From Nitrospirota bacterium (GTDB lineage Bacteria > Nitrospirota > UBA9217), in the NCBI GenBank assembly GCA_963751455.1, contig CAVVUN010000015.1:384001-448000 (forward strand): a stretch of 64,000 nt of DNA. The letters are read 5' to 3'. The position numbers and the translations under genes are program-made. Positions 50,221 to 60,378 of this stretch are shown here, piece after piece (the first letter of the stretch is position 1; the number at the start of each line of letters is the position of its first letter). The notes beneath the pieces are model-generated. The model was not told the DNA's origin. It saw only the letters and a list, made by a program, of their open reading frames with translations, and did no database searches.

Positions 50221-51228
50221 CTATTCCCACCTGAAAATGTAGGAACCGACCGACAGAAAAAGCGCCGACATAACGAGCAGTATCCAGATGTGCGGAGCGA
50301 TTTCGGCAAGTCCCGCTCCTTCCGTCATGACGGCCCGGGCGCCGTCCACAAGGTGGGTCAGCGGCAGGAACCACGCAATTTTTGCCACGATCGGGTTCGT
50401 GCCTTCCAGAGAGAACCATACCCCCGAGAGCAGCATCATGGGCCATGTGATTACGTTCAGAATGCCGTTTGCAAGCTCTTCACTCGAGAACCGCGCTGCC
50501 ACGAGCAGGCCCAGGCAAATCAGGCATATCGCGCCTGCAACGGAGATGAGCAGCAGGTCCATGTACGAACCGCGCATCTGGAAATGGATAAAGTAATTGC
50601 ATCCTGCGTACACGCCCGCTGCCACGATCTGCGTCAGCAGAAGCCGCGACACCATCTGGGCGAGCAGAAATTCGAACGGGGTCAGCGGCGTTGCCTTGAG
50701 CCTCTTCAGGAAGCCGTTCTTGCGGTATCTCACGATCACGTAGCCGACGCCGAACAGACAGCTGAACATCATATTCATGGCGAGGATACCCGGGACGACC
50801 CAGTCGACGTAGCGTATCTCGCGTCCGCGCACGGTAAACCGCCGGTATTCCGAATGGGACGCCCCATTGAGCAGGCGTTCCAGCACATACCCGTTCGGGG
50901 AATTTTCATTGATCCAGTACCGTTTGACGCCTTGCACGTCCACGAGCATGTCGAGTTGGAAATGCTCCACCTTGTCGACCGCCTTCTCGAGGTTCTCGAC
51001 CGGGATGAATTGAATATACTGCATTTGCAAAAATGAAGAGTCGCGGCCCGTTACGGCCGCCCGATCGCCGACAACTCCGACCTTGAACATGGCTTTCGGC
51101 GGACCGCTGAAAACGAAGGCAAAGCCCAGCACGAGCAGGACCGGGAAGACGACGCTCCAGCCGAACGTGGACCTGTCGCGGAGAAACTCCATGTTGCGCG
51201 CGTGCAGTATGGCGAGAAAACGTTTCAT
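50221..51228 (-). CDS. ABC-2 type exporter permease
   Basis: YVDWVVPGILAMN, LKRLKATP, LSGVWF and LPLTHLVDGAR motifs. Confidence 0.9.
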   Translation of the reverse strand: MKRFLAILHARNMEFLRDRSTFGWSVVFPVLLVLGFAFVFSGPPKAMFKVGVVGDRAAVTGRDSSFLQMQYIQFIPVENLEKAVDKVEHFQLDMLVDVQGVKRYWINENSPNGYVLERLLNGASHSEYRRFTVRGREIRYVDWVVPGILAMNMMFSCLFGVGYVIVRYRKNGFLKRLKATPLTPFEFLLAQMVSRLLLTQIVAAGVYAGCNYFIHFQMRGSYMDLLLISVAGAICLICLGLLVAARFSSEELANGILNVITWPMMLLSGVWFSLEGTNPIVAKIAWFLPLTHLVDGARAVMTEGAGLAEIAPHIWILLVMSALFLSVGSYIFRWE

Positions 51229-51247
51229 GCTAACCTCGTAATCAATC

Positions 51248-51504
51248 AGCCACACCCCGCACTCGCGCAGAATGCACTCCTTGCGCCGGGTGCAGGCGGA
51301 TGGACACGGATCGACTGGGATGAGGACCGAGAATCCGGTTTGCCGCGAATGATCTCGAATAAAAGCGAATTAATTGTGAAATCATGAATTACTTTGAGAA
51401 CTTTGCAGTTGTTTTCTTTTCATCTTTTATTCGCGAATATCCGCGTTCATTCGCGGCATGGTAGTTTTCGCTTTTATCCGTGTATTTCAGTGTTTATCCG
51501 TGGC
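51248..51504. repeat. composite nested palindromic element between ABC genes
   Basis: Outer CCAC..GGATGGACACGGAT/ATCCGTGG arms, inner GCCGCGAAT/ATTCGCGGC arms, and a 44-bp ACCC..GCAGGC insertion at 51254-51297. Confidence 0.8.
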
Positions 51505-51956
51505 AAAAAAGAATTTAGCTTCTTAGTCCTTTTCCCGTCAATGCAATGAACAGGTCCTCAAGGCTCCAGGAGCGCATATTCATCCGGTTCAGTGAGACGC
51601 CCCGTTCGATAAGCGTCCTGATTGTTCCGTCCACATCGTTCGTCTGGATTTCGCACCAGCCCAATGCACTCCTTGCGCCGGGTGCAGGCGGATGGACACG
51701 GATGAGGACCGAGAATCCGGTTTGCCGCGAATATCCGCGTTCATTCGCGGCATGGTAGTTTTCGCTTTTATCCATGTATTTCAGTGTTTATCCGTGGCAA
51801 AAAAGAATTTAGCTTCTTAGTCCTTTTCCCGTCAAGGCAATGAACAGGTCCTCAAGGCTCCAGGAGCGCATATTCATCCGGTTCAGTGAGACGCCCCGTT
51901 CGATAAGCGTCCTGATTGTTCCGTCCACATCGTTCGTCTGGATTTCGCACCAGCCC
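51271..51956. repeat. imperfect tandem duplication (392 bp + 294 bp) including the 3' end of the ABC ATPase
   Basis: 51271-51662 versus 51663-51956; the second copy lacks 10-bp and 88-bp segments and differs by 2 SNPs. Confidence 0.88.
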
Positions 51957-52693
51957 GCCTGCTTTGAAACGCAGAGACCGAGTCCCTCAAACTTCCCGTT
52001 GAGATCCTGCTCGGGAAACTCGAGCACGATGTTTCCGAAATGCTCCTTCAGCAACCGCTCCGGTGTGCCCTGCGCGACGATCTTCCCGCGGTCCATGATC
52101 GCTATTTCATCGCAGAGCGTATAGGCCTCGTCCATGTAGTGGGTTGTCAGTACGATTGTTTTATTTCTCGATTTTATGAGATTAATGAGGTCCCAGAAAT
52201 TGCGGCGTGACTGGGGATCCAGTCCGGTCGTCGGCTCGTCGAGAAACAGAATTTCAGGATCGTTGATGATCGCAACCGCCATGAGCAGCCGCTGCCGCTG
52301 CCCGCCAGAAAGCTTTTTGGTGTCGCGGTCAAGAAATTCCTCGAGAGAGCAGAGGCGGATCACGTCGTCGAGTTCCAGTGTCCTGGGGTACAGGTTCTTG
52401 AAGAGCTTCAGCGTCTCGCGGACGGTCAGAAATTCCTGGAGCGCGGTGACCTGGAACTGGATGCCGGCTTCCCTGCGAAATTGCGGGCCCTGCGGAGCGC
52501 CTTTGTAAAGAATGACGCCTGAATCAGGAGATTTGATGGCTTCCATCATCTCGATGACGGTCGTTTTTCCGGCGCCGTTCGGCCCGAGCAGGCCGAAGCA
52601 TATTCCCTGCCTGATGCTCAGGGTCAGCCCGTCGACTGCGCGGACGCCGGGATACAGCTTGACCAGATTTTTCACCTCGATTACGGGAACCAT
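51809..52693 (-). CDS. ABC transporter ATP-binding protein
   Basis: GPNGAGKT, LSGGQRQR, LDEPT and TTH motifs. Confidence 0.95.
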   Translation of the reverse strand: MVPVIEVKNLVKLYPGVRAVDGLTLSIRQGICFGLLGPNGAGKTTVIEMMEAIKSPDSGVILYKGAPQGPQFRREAGIQFQVTALQEFLTVRETLKLFKNLYPRTLELDDVIRLCSLEEFLDRDTKKLSGGQRQRLLMAVAIINDPEILFLDEPTTGLDPQSRRNFWDLINLIKSRNKTIVLTTHYMDEAYTLCDEIAIMDRGKIVAQGTPERLLKEHFGNIVLEFPEQDLNGKFEGLGLCVSKQAGWCEIQTNDVDGTIRTLIERGVSLNRMNMRSWSLEDLFIALTGKGLRS

Positions 52694-52827
52694 GACTTGA
52701 AACTACCACGAGGGGGTTGATACTGTCAAGCCGGGGAAATAATGGTCTTGAGTCAAGGTCGATATTCGTGTAAAGTAGCCCATAGTTGCTTTGGCGTTTT
52801 ATAGCTGCGAGCTCCTGCTTTGTCAAG

Positions 52828-52938
52828 CCGCGGATGGACACACCCTGCACTTGCGACGGAGCACGCCTCAACGCTGGGTGCGGGCTGATGGTCGCGGACT
52901 GATCCATTTTATCCGTGTAATCCGTGTAAGTCCTGGGC
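52828..52938. repeat. periodic palindrome with nested 44-bp element
   Basis: CCGCGGATGGACAC[ACCCTGCAC...GGGTGCGGGC]TGATGG...ATCCGTGTAATCCGTGTAAGTCC. Confidence 0.78.
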
Positions 52939-52961
52939 AGCTTGCGAATGGACAAACATTC

Positions 52962-53384
52962 ATGATCCAAGTTACAAGAACTATAGCGATTGACGAAAAC
53001 GAAATGGAGTTCCATTTTGTCCGTGCCTCCGGTCCCGGCGGCCAGAATGTGAATAAGGTGTCGAGCGCGGTCCAGCTTCGGTTCGATGTCGGAAATTCTC
53101 CTTCCCTGCCCGGTGACGTGAGAACCCGGCTTATCCGCCTGGCCGGCAGACGAATCACCCAGGACGGGATCCTGATCATCGAAGCCCGACAGCACCGCAC
53201 GCAGGAGCGAAACAGGGAAGACGCAATTGAACGGCTGGTTGACCTGGTACGGAAAGCAGCCGAAAAGCCGAAGCCGCGCAAAGCGACCAGGCCTTCGAAA
53301 GCGGCAAAGGAACGGCGGATAGAGACCAAGAAACTGAGGGGAGCAGTCAAAAAAACCCGCAGAAGCGCAGGATATAGTGAATAG
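52962..53384 (+). CDS. arfB: alternative ribosome rescue peptidyl-tRNA hydrolase
   Basis: RASGPGGQNVNKV, RTQERNR and basic tail KPRKATRPSKAAKERR. Confidence 0.95.
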   Translation: MIQVTRTIAIDENEMEFHFVRASGPGGQNVNKVSSAVQLRFDVGNSPSLPGDVRTRLIRLAGRRITQDGILIIEARQHRTQERNREDAIERLVDLVRKAAEKPKPRKATRPSKAAKERRIETKKLRGAVKKTRRSAGYSE

Positions 53385-53517
53385 CATTGGTCGGTTTTCA
53401 CCAATAATTAACGAAAAAAATGAATAAAACTTGTCTCACGCGGAGCCGCGGAGGTCGCGGAGAATACAAATCTTGTTTGTTTCACTGTGTCCCGGTGGCA
53501 GGTACTTCTAATTCCCT

Positions 53518-54247
53518 ATGGCCCTTCCATGGCATACAATAGAAAAGGTTAATACGCGCGACGGGGTTCTCGAGCTTCGGCAGCGCGCGGAGCGCGATTT
53601 TTTGATCCTTATCAACAACCGGGTGCTGATGAACAGCAGCTCCAACAGGTCCGAGATCGCGCTGGGGGAGTCGGCATGCAAGGCCGTGCGGGAGCGTCCC
53701 GGTCCGCGCGTGCTCATTGGCGGACTCGGCATGGGGCTGACACTGAGAGCGGCTCTCGACTGCCTTCCGGCAAAGGCGCAGGTCATTGTAGCGGAGCTGA
53801 ATCCTGTAGTTCTCGACTGGTGCCGGGGACCGCTCGCGGCGCTTACGAACGGCGCGGTGAAGGACCCGAGAGTCGTGGCTGTAAGCAAGGATGTTTCGGC
53901 TGTGATACGACAGGCAGCATTGCACCGGTCCGGGCAATTCGACTCAATTATCCTCGACCTTTATGAAGGCCCTCATACAGGAACAGACCCGAGGCATGAT
54001 CCCTTTTACGGAACAGGCGCCTTGAACAAGGCCTCCGCCGCGCTGAATGCCGGAAGGAGTTTTGGCGGTTTGGGGCGAGAGTATTGACAAAGGCTTCGAG
54101 GCGCGCCTGGCTACTGCGGGATTTTCCGTCATGACCGACAGGCCGGGAAAGGGCGGGCTGCGCCACGTCATATATATCGCAAAGAAGCCTCTTAAAACGG
54201 GGAATGTTTTTTTGAAGGAGGCGCACACACTATATGATTCTCGATAG
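53518..54247 (+). CDS. spermidine synthase-like methyltransferase (frameshift near 54056)
   Basis: [15 protein letters not shown] and FDSIILD; continues GVLAVW in the shifted frame. Confidence 0.82.
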
Positions 54248-55028
54248 GAAACTTATTGTGATAATGCCTGCCTATAATGCGGAGAAGACGCTCCGCCAGA
54301 CGCATGCCGAACTGCCCCATGAATATGTAGATGAGGTCATTCTGGTTGACGACGCATCCCGAGACGCTACCGCAAAAGTCGCGGCTGAACTCGGCATCAA
54401 GACGATAATCCATCGGCAAAACAAGGGCTACGGAGGCAATCAGAAGACCTGTTATCGTGAAGCGCTCAGGCACGGCGCGGACATCGTTGTCATGGTCCAT
54501 CCGGACTACCAGTATTCTCCGCGGCTCGTGACAGCAATGGCTTCCATGATTGCCTCGGAGCATTACGATGTTGTGCTCGGGTCGCGGATTCTCGGCGGCA
54601 CGGCGCTCAAAGGCGGAATGCCGCTGTACAAATATATCGCAAACAGATTCCTGACGCTGTTCGAGAATATCGGCCTCGGCGTCAAGCTCTCCGAGTATCA
54701 TACCGGGTTCAGGGCATTCACCCGGGAGGTGTTGGAAACCTTGCCGCTTGAGGAGAACTCCGATGATTTTGTTTTCGACAGCGAGATGCTCGTTCAAGCC
54801 GTTTATTTCGGCTTTAGAATCGGAGAACTGAGTTGTCCCACGAGATACTTCCGGGAAGCGTCTTCTATTAATTTCAGCCGGAGTGTCAAATACGGTTTCG
54901 GAGTGCTGGGCAGTACAATGAAGTACGTGATTGCCAAATCCGGCATGAAAAAATTTATGATTTTTAACAGCGAGGGCGGGAAACTGTCCTCAGCGAAGGA
55001 AAAGCTGAAGCGGAGCGCTCCCTGTTAA
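54234..55028 (+). CDS. GT2 glycosyltransferase (DPM1-like)
   Basis: [28 protein letters not shown] and EYHTGFRAF motifs. Confidence 0.92.
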   Translation: MILDRKLIVIMPAYNAEKTLRQTHAELPHEYVDEVILVDDASRDATAKVAAELGIKTIIHRQNKGYGGNQKTCYREALRHGADIVVMVHPDYQYSPRLVTAMASMIASEHYDVVLGSRILGGTALKGGMPLYKYIANRFLTLFENIGLGVKLSEYHTGFRAFTREVLETLPLEENSDDFVFDSEMLVQAVYFGFRIGELSCPTRYFREASSINFSRSVKYGFGVLGSTMKYVIAKSGMKKFMIFNSEGGKLSSAKEKLKRSAPC

Positions 55029-55047
55029 AACACGCAAGAGTAATTGA

Positions 55048-56961
55048 ATGGCATTGGTAAGTTTACAGAATGTAAAGGTAAGCTTCGGCGGACCGCTTCT
55101 GCTCGAAGGGGTGGATCTCTCCATCGACCGCGGCGAGCGGGTCTGTCTCGTCGGCAGGAACGGCACGGGCAAATCCACGATCCTGCGCCTGATCACCGGC
55201 GAGGTGAAGCCGGACGGCGGCAAGATCGTGTTTCAGCAGGGCGTGCGAATCACGCTTCTGACGCAGGAAGTGCCGCATGACATTCCGGGGAAGCGTGTTC
55301 GATGTCGTGTCGAGCGCCTTCGGCGAGCAGGGGAAGCTGCTTGCCGCGTACCATCATGTGAGCGCCAGGCTGGCCCATGACCACAGCGAGAAGCTGATGG
55401 CCGAGCTCGAGGATGTGCAGCACAAGTTCGAGTCAGCCGGCGGCTGGCAGATGCAGCAGCGGGTCGAGGAGATCCTGACGCGGCTGCAGCTTCCCGAGGA
55501 TGCCGAGTTCTCCGAGCTTTCGGGCGGCCTCAAGCGCCGGGTGCTGCTTGCAAAGGCGCTGGCCGGAGCGCCGGACCTTTTGCTCCTCGACGAGCCCACG
55601 AACCATCTCGATATCGATTCCATTGCCTGGCTCGAAGAATTTCTGCTTTCCTTCGGCGGCACCCTGCTTTTCGTGACCCATGACCGGGCGCTGCTTCAGA
55701 AGCTCGCGACCCGGATCGTGGATCTTGACCGCGGCCGGCTCACGAGCTGGCCCGGAAGCTACCAGGCCTATCTCGAGCTCAAACAGGCGGCGCTCGATGC
55801 CGAGGCGGTGGAGAACGCGAAGTTCGACAAGAAGCTTGCTGCGGAAGAGGTCTGGATCAGGCAGGGGGTCAAGGCGCGCCGCACCCGGAACGAAGGCCGC
55901 GTGCGGGCGCTCAAGGAACTGCGCAGGGTCAGGAGCGAACGGCGGGAGGTGACCGGCACCGCGCGCATGCAGATGCAGGAGGCGGAGCGCACCGGCAAGC
56001 TGGTGATCGAGGCGACAAAGGCTAAGCCACGGCTACGGGGAACGGCAGGTTATCCGCGATTTTTCAACGACCATCATCCGCGGAGACAAGATCGGCATCA
56101 TCGGGCCGAACGGTGCGGGCAAGACCACGCTCCTCAAAATTCTTCTCGGCGAACTGAAGCCGCAGAAGGGCACGGTGAAGCACGGAACGAACCTCGAGGT
56201 CGCCTATCTCGATCAGCACCGGGAGCAGCTTGACGACGAGAAGACGGTGCAGGACAACGTGGCCTTCGGCAGCGATCACGTCACCATCAACGGAAACCGG
56301 CGGCATGTGATCGGCTATCTGCAGGACTTTCTGTTCGCGCCCGCCCGGGCGCGAAGCCCGGTAAAGGTCCTGTCCGGCGGAGAACGGAACCGGCTGCTGC
56401 TCGCCCGGCTCTTCACCAAGCCGTCGAACGTGCTCGTGCTCGACGAGCCGACAAACGACCTGGACATCGAGACCCTGGACCTGCTCGAAGAGCTGCTCAT
56501 GGAGTATCCGGGCACGGTGCTGCTCGTGAGCCACGACCGCGCGTTCATCAACAACGTCGTAACCAGCACGCTGGTGCTCGAAGGCGAAGGCAGGGTGAAC
56601 GAATACGTGGGCGGGTATGACGACTGGCTGCGCCAGAGCAGGAACAAGAGAGAAGCCGCTGCAGATCCTGCGCGGAATGAGGAAAAAAAAGGCGTCTTGC
56701 CGGTTCCTCAAAAAGAAAAGCCCCGCAAGCTGACCTTCAAGGAGCAGAAAGAGCTCGATGCGCTGCCGAAGCGCATCGAAGAGCTTGACGCAGAGCAGCA
56801 AAAGATCATTGCGGTCATGGCTGATCCGGCTTTTTACCGTGAAAGCGGCAAGAAGGTTTCCGAGATTCAAGGCGAGGCTCGAGCAGGTGGAAAAAGAGCT
56901 TGCCGCGGCGTATAAACGGTGGGAGGAGCTTGAGGCTGTGGGTAAGAACGAGAAAAGTTGA
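55048..56961 (+). CDS. uup: ABC-F family ATPase Uup (three frameshifts)
   Basis: Two NBDs (GRNGTGKS/LSGG/DEPTNHLD and GPNGAGKT/LSGGE/DEPTNDLD), WIRQGVKARRTRNEGRVRAL linker and C-terminal YKRWEELE. Confidence 0.9.
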
Positions 56962-57169
56962 GCCACTTTTTAACCACGGATGAACGCGGATAAAAACTTG
57001 AGTTAGGTTCTGTCAGTCACAATCCGCCTGCGCTCAGCGTTTATGAATTCCTTGATTCCAGGACGAGCCACAACGATATGAAACATTCACGCAAAAACCT
57101 TTGCGCGCTCCTCCCCGCCTGGAAACAGCTTGCCTCTAGGCGCGGGCACAAGAGATACGGAGGCTGACC

Positions 57170-58948
57170 GTGGAAAAGAAACGAGAGAACATAAAGCCGC
57201 GCCATTCAGACCCGCCAGCGGAAAAAGTGAAACCTGAAAAAGACCGCTCCAGGCACGTGCTTGCCGGAATTGTTTCAGCACTCACCTTTCTTGTATACCT
57301 TGCGTCGCTGTGGAACGACTTTGTACTCTGGGATGACGACAGGTATGTTTACGAAAATGAGTTTATTCGGTCATTTGATAGGGATTTCTTAAAGCGGGCG
57401 TTCCTTGATTTCTACTCCGGTAACTGGCATCCGCTCACGTGGATTTCGCATGCTCTCGATTACGCGGTGTGGGGCTTAAATCCTCTGGGGCATCATTTGA
57501 CCAACAACGTGCTCCACGCGATGAATACCTATCTGGCAGTATTGCTCACGATCAGCCTGGCAGTGAAATACGGGGAACGGGCGACAGCAAACGGAACATC
57601 CCTGTTCCGGGATAAACGAAGCATATTGATTTTAGGAGGTGTTACGGGTTTATTGTTCGGTCTTCACCCGCTGCATGTCGAATCAGTAGCATGGGTTTCA
57701 GAACGGAAAGATCTTTTATGCGCTTTATTTTACCTGCTCAGCATCTATAGCTATCTGGCGTATGCGGGCTCTCTTGGCAGCGAAACAGTAAAAAAGACAG
57801 GATTAGCACAATACTTCAACAAGCACTATGTATTTGTCATCGGCTTCTTCATTCTTGCGTTACTCAGCAAGCCGATGGCGATAACGCTGCCTGTTGTTTT
57901 GGTTGTTCTGGATTGGTATCCGCTTTCTAGAATTCAGTCTTTTAAATCATTCCAGGGCGTCCTCATCGAAAAAATTCCCTTTATAGCGTTGAGTCTTGTC
58001 TCGTGTGTCCTGACTGTTCTGGCGCAAAAAGCGGGCGGGGCTTTAAGTACAGTTGTTATGGCGTTTGAGCCCTTGTCATCACGGCTTGCTCTGGCTGCCA
58101 AATCTCTTCTCTCGTATCTCTGGATGATGATTTTGCCGCTCGACCTGATTCCTCTTTATCCTTATCCGATGAAGATAGCGCCTTTATCATTTGAATACCT
58201 CGCGCCTGCAGTTCTTGTAATTGCCATAACGGTAATCTGCGTGGTCTATGTAAAGAAGCAGAAATTCTGGCTGGCCGTCTGGGGTTATTATATAATAACC
58301 TTGCTCCCGGTTATCGGCATTGTTCCGGTTGGAATTCAGGCAATGGCCGACAGATATACGTATTTGCCGAGTATCGGTCCATTTCTGATTGCGGGCTTAC
58401 TCGCATCATGGGTCTCGAAAAGAATGGATGCCGTAAAAAACAGAGGGATCCTTATCAAGATTGCGCGTGCAGCGGCAGCCCTGGTTATTGTCGTTCCGAT
58501 GACATACCTTACATTCGAACAGATCGCGGTATGGAGAAACAGTATTGCTCTCTGGAGTCATGTCATAGAAATAGAACCTGTGAAAGCGCCTACAGCCTAT
58601 GGAAATAGAGGTGTCAGCTTTACCGAAATCGGTGACTTGAATAAGGCGCTTGAGGACTATAACAGGGCAATTGTTCTCGACCCGTTCTATACCGGTATTT
58701 ATTTCGAACGAGGTCTCGTTTTTGCCGAGATGCGTCAATTCGATAAGGCAGTAGCAGACTTCGATAAGGCAATTACGCTGGATCAATATGGCGCGAAGAG
58801 CGACGTCGGCGTGCAATTTTACTTCCTTCATCGGGGGCTTGCATACCTGGAAATGCAGCAGCCCGGACCTGCCGTCTCTGATTTTAAGCATGCCTGCGAG
58901 CTCGGGAGCAACAAGGCGTGCACTGCTTTGCAAACCTTACCGAACTAA
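57170..58948 (+). CDS. GT-C fold multi-TM glycosyltransferase-like protein with C-terminal TPRs (TMTC-like)
   Basis: DFVLWDD, NWHPLTWISH, HPLHVESVAWVSERKD, LLSKP and ADRYTYLP motifs, followed by TPR repeats. Confidence 0.85.
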   Translation: MEKKRENIKPRHSDPPAEKVKPEKDRSRHVLAGIVSALTFLVYLASLWNDFVLWDDDRYVYENEFIRSFDRDFLKRAFLDFYSGNWHPLTWISHALDYAVWGLNPLGHHLTNNVLHAMNTYLAVLLTISLAVKYGERATANGTSLFRDKRSILILGGVTGLLFGLHPLHVESVAWVSERKDLLCALFYLLSIYSYLAYAGSLGSETVKKTGLAQYFNKHYVFVIGFFILALLSKPMAITLPVVLVVLDWYPLSRIQSFKSFQGVLIEKIPFIALSLVSCVLTVLAQKAGGALSTVVMAFEPLSSRLALAAKSLLSYLWMMILPLDLIPLYPYPMKIAPLSFEYLAPAVLVIAITVICVVYVKKQKFWLAVWGYYIITLLPVIGIVPVGIQAMADRYTYLPSIGPFLIAGLLASWVSKRMDAVKNRGILIKIARAAAALVIVVPMTYLTFEQIAVWRNSIALWSHVIEIEPVKAPTAYGNRGVSFTEIGDLNKALEDYNRAIVLDPFYTGIYFERGLVFAEMRQFDKAVADFDKAITLDQYGAKSDVGVQFYFLHRGLAYLEMQQPGPAVSDFKHACELGSNKACTALQTLPN

Positions 58949-59019
58949 GTTCGCAGCATCGGCGAACTTTGTGAATACCTTAAAAAAGGCCCCTACCGCA
59001 TAAGAAATACCCCTTGATG

Positions 59020-59128
59020 AATCCCGCGACTTGCAATCCCCCGGCTCCTGCCGGGGGTAATGCGCCGTAGTCCGCGGGAGGTCGCGTTATTAAAGGGAGC
59101 CTCCGGCTCCTGCCGGAGGGGGCTCCAC
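59020..59128. mobile_element. small palindromic non-autonomous element (IS200/IS605-end-like), copy B
   Basis: Same termini as 34474-34623; two CCGGC-TCCT-GCCGG hairpins. Confidence 0.72.
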
Positions 59129-59319
59129 TACCCCGCCCCGTTGTTCGAATCCTGGGAAGCGTACTTTTGTCGAATTGATATAATTTCAGGCAGCGGTATC
59201 GTTTAAGAAGAAAATATTTTTTGAATTGGGATATAAAACCGCAGATTCGCAGATTTCGCCGATAAAAAAGGGTCCGAAATCTGCGGGATAAATATTTGTT
59301 ATAAATCAGGAGATAAGAC

Positions 59320-59979
59320 ATGAAAATACAAAAAATCGGTATCGTGGGATCAGGTCATATCGGGGGAAATCTTGGAATTCTGCTGGCAAAGGCAGGATAC
59401 GAGATTTTCTACAGCTCAAGACATCCTCATGCCCTCAAAGACCTTGTAAAGGCCGCCGGGCCCAAAGCCCGTGCCGGAAGCGTCGCCGACGCAATCGCAT
59501 TTGGAGATGTAATCGTGCTGTCAGTTCCCTTGAAGGCTATTCCGGAGCTTGACGCTGAAACCAAGGACGCCCTGAAGGGCAAGATCGTGATTGATACTTC
59601 GAATCCTTACCCTGAGAGGGACGGTCTGATCGCGGAAGAAGCAAGAAAAGAACCAGGCGGCACCGGCACCTTTGTGGCCCGTCTTCTGCCGGGTGCAAGG
59701 ATAGTACGGGCGTTCAATACGGTTTATTTTGTAGACCTCAAAAAAACGCTTAACAAAGACAATGAAAAAATCGGTATCCCCATGGCAAGCGACGATCAAG
59801 AGGGATTGAAAGCTGCCAGCGAGCTTGCGGACCGGGCCGGGCTTGAACCTGTTGTCGTTGGGGGCTTGAGCACATCAAAATTGTTTGACGTTGGAACAGC
59901 TGTGTATGCAACAAGCGCTGCGGCAAGAGAGATAAGACAGAAATTAAATTTGAAACCAGAGTCAGGGCTTGCGGCTTAA
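59320..59979 (+). CDS. NADPH-dependent F420 reductase-like oxidoreductase
   Basis: IGIVGSGHIG, IDTSNPYP, VRAFNT and ASDD motifs. Confidence 0.88.
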   Translation: MKIQKIGIVGSGHIGGNLGILLAKAGYEIFYSSRHPHALKDLVKAAGPKARAGSVADAIAFGDVIVLSVPLKAIPELDAETKDALKGKIVIDTSNPYPERDGLIAEEARKEPGGTGTFVARLLPGARIVRAFNTVYFVDLKKTLNKDNEKIGIPMASDDQEGLKAASELADRAGLEPVVVGGLSTSKLFDVGTAVYATSAAAREIRQKLNLKPESGLAA

Positions 59980-60378
59980 CTGGCGGGCACACCCTCGCTT
60001 CTTTATGGGTCTCTTTTCATAAAGGTTTTTATCGTATTCACGGTGAACAGAGCGCCCTGCGGGTACACATGCATGGCTCCGTGCTGAACGCACCGTCAAA
60101 AATCAACTGCCTTTTCACGGTCAAGGATGCACATCGGTAATCCAACACGACCTCTCTCCCCAAAATAAGTGGGGACAATAATAGAGAAACTGTTATCAAA
60201 TCACCACAAATAATTCCATGCGAATGCTCGTCTTCCGCAAAAATAAAAACTAACGCAATGATATAATCTCCGGATAATCAAGGTGATACTGTTCGAATTG
60301 ACACTGACATGAGGGTTTGGTACACTTCCTTTAGTCATACGACTTTTGTAGTATTAATGAAGCGAGAACGGGGATCAA

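Noticed and set aside
51515-51775. 86-aa ORF resembling the ABC ATPase C-terminus
   Set aside because: It is a by-product of the tandem duplication fused to repeat DNA.
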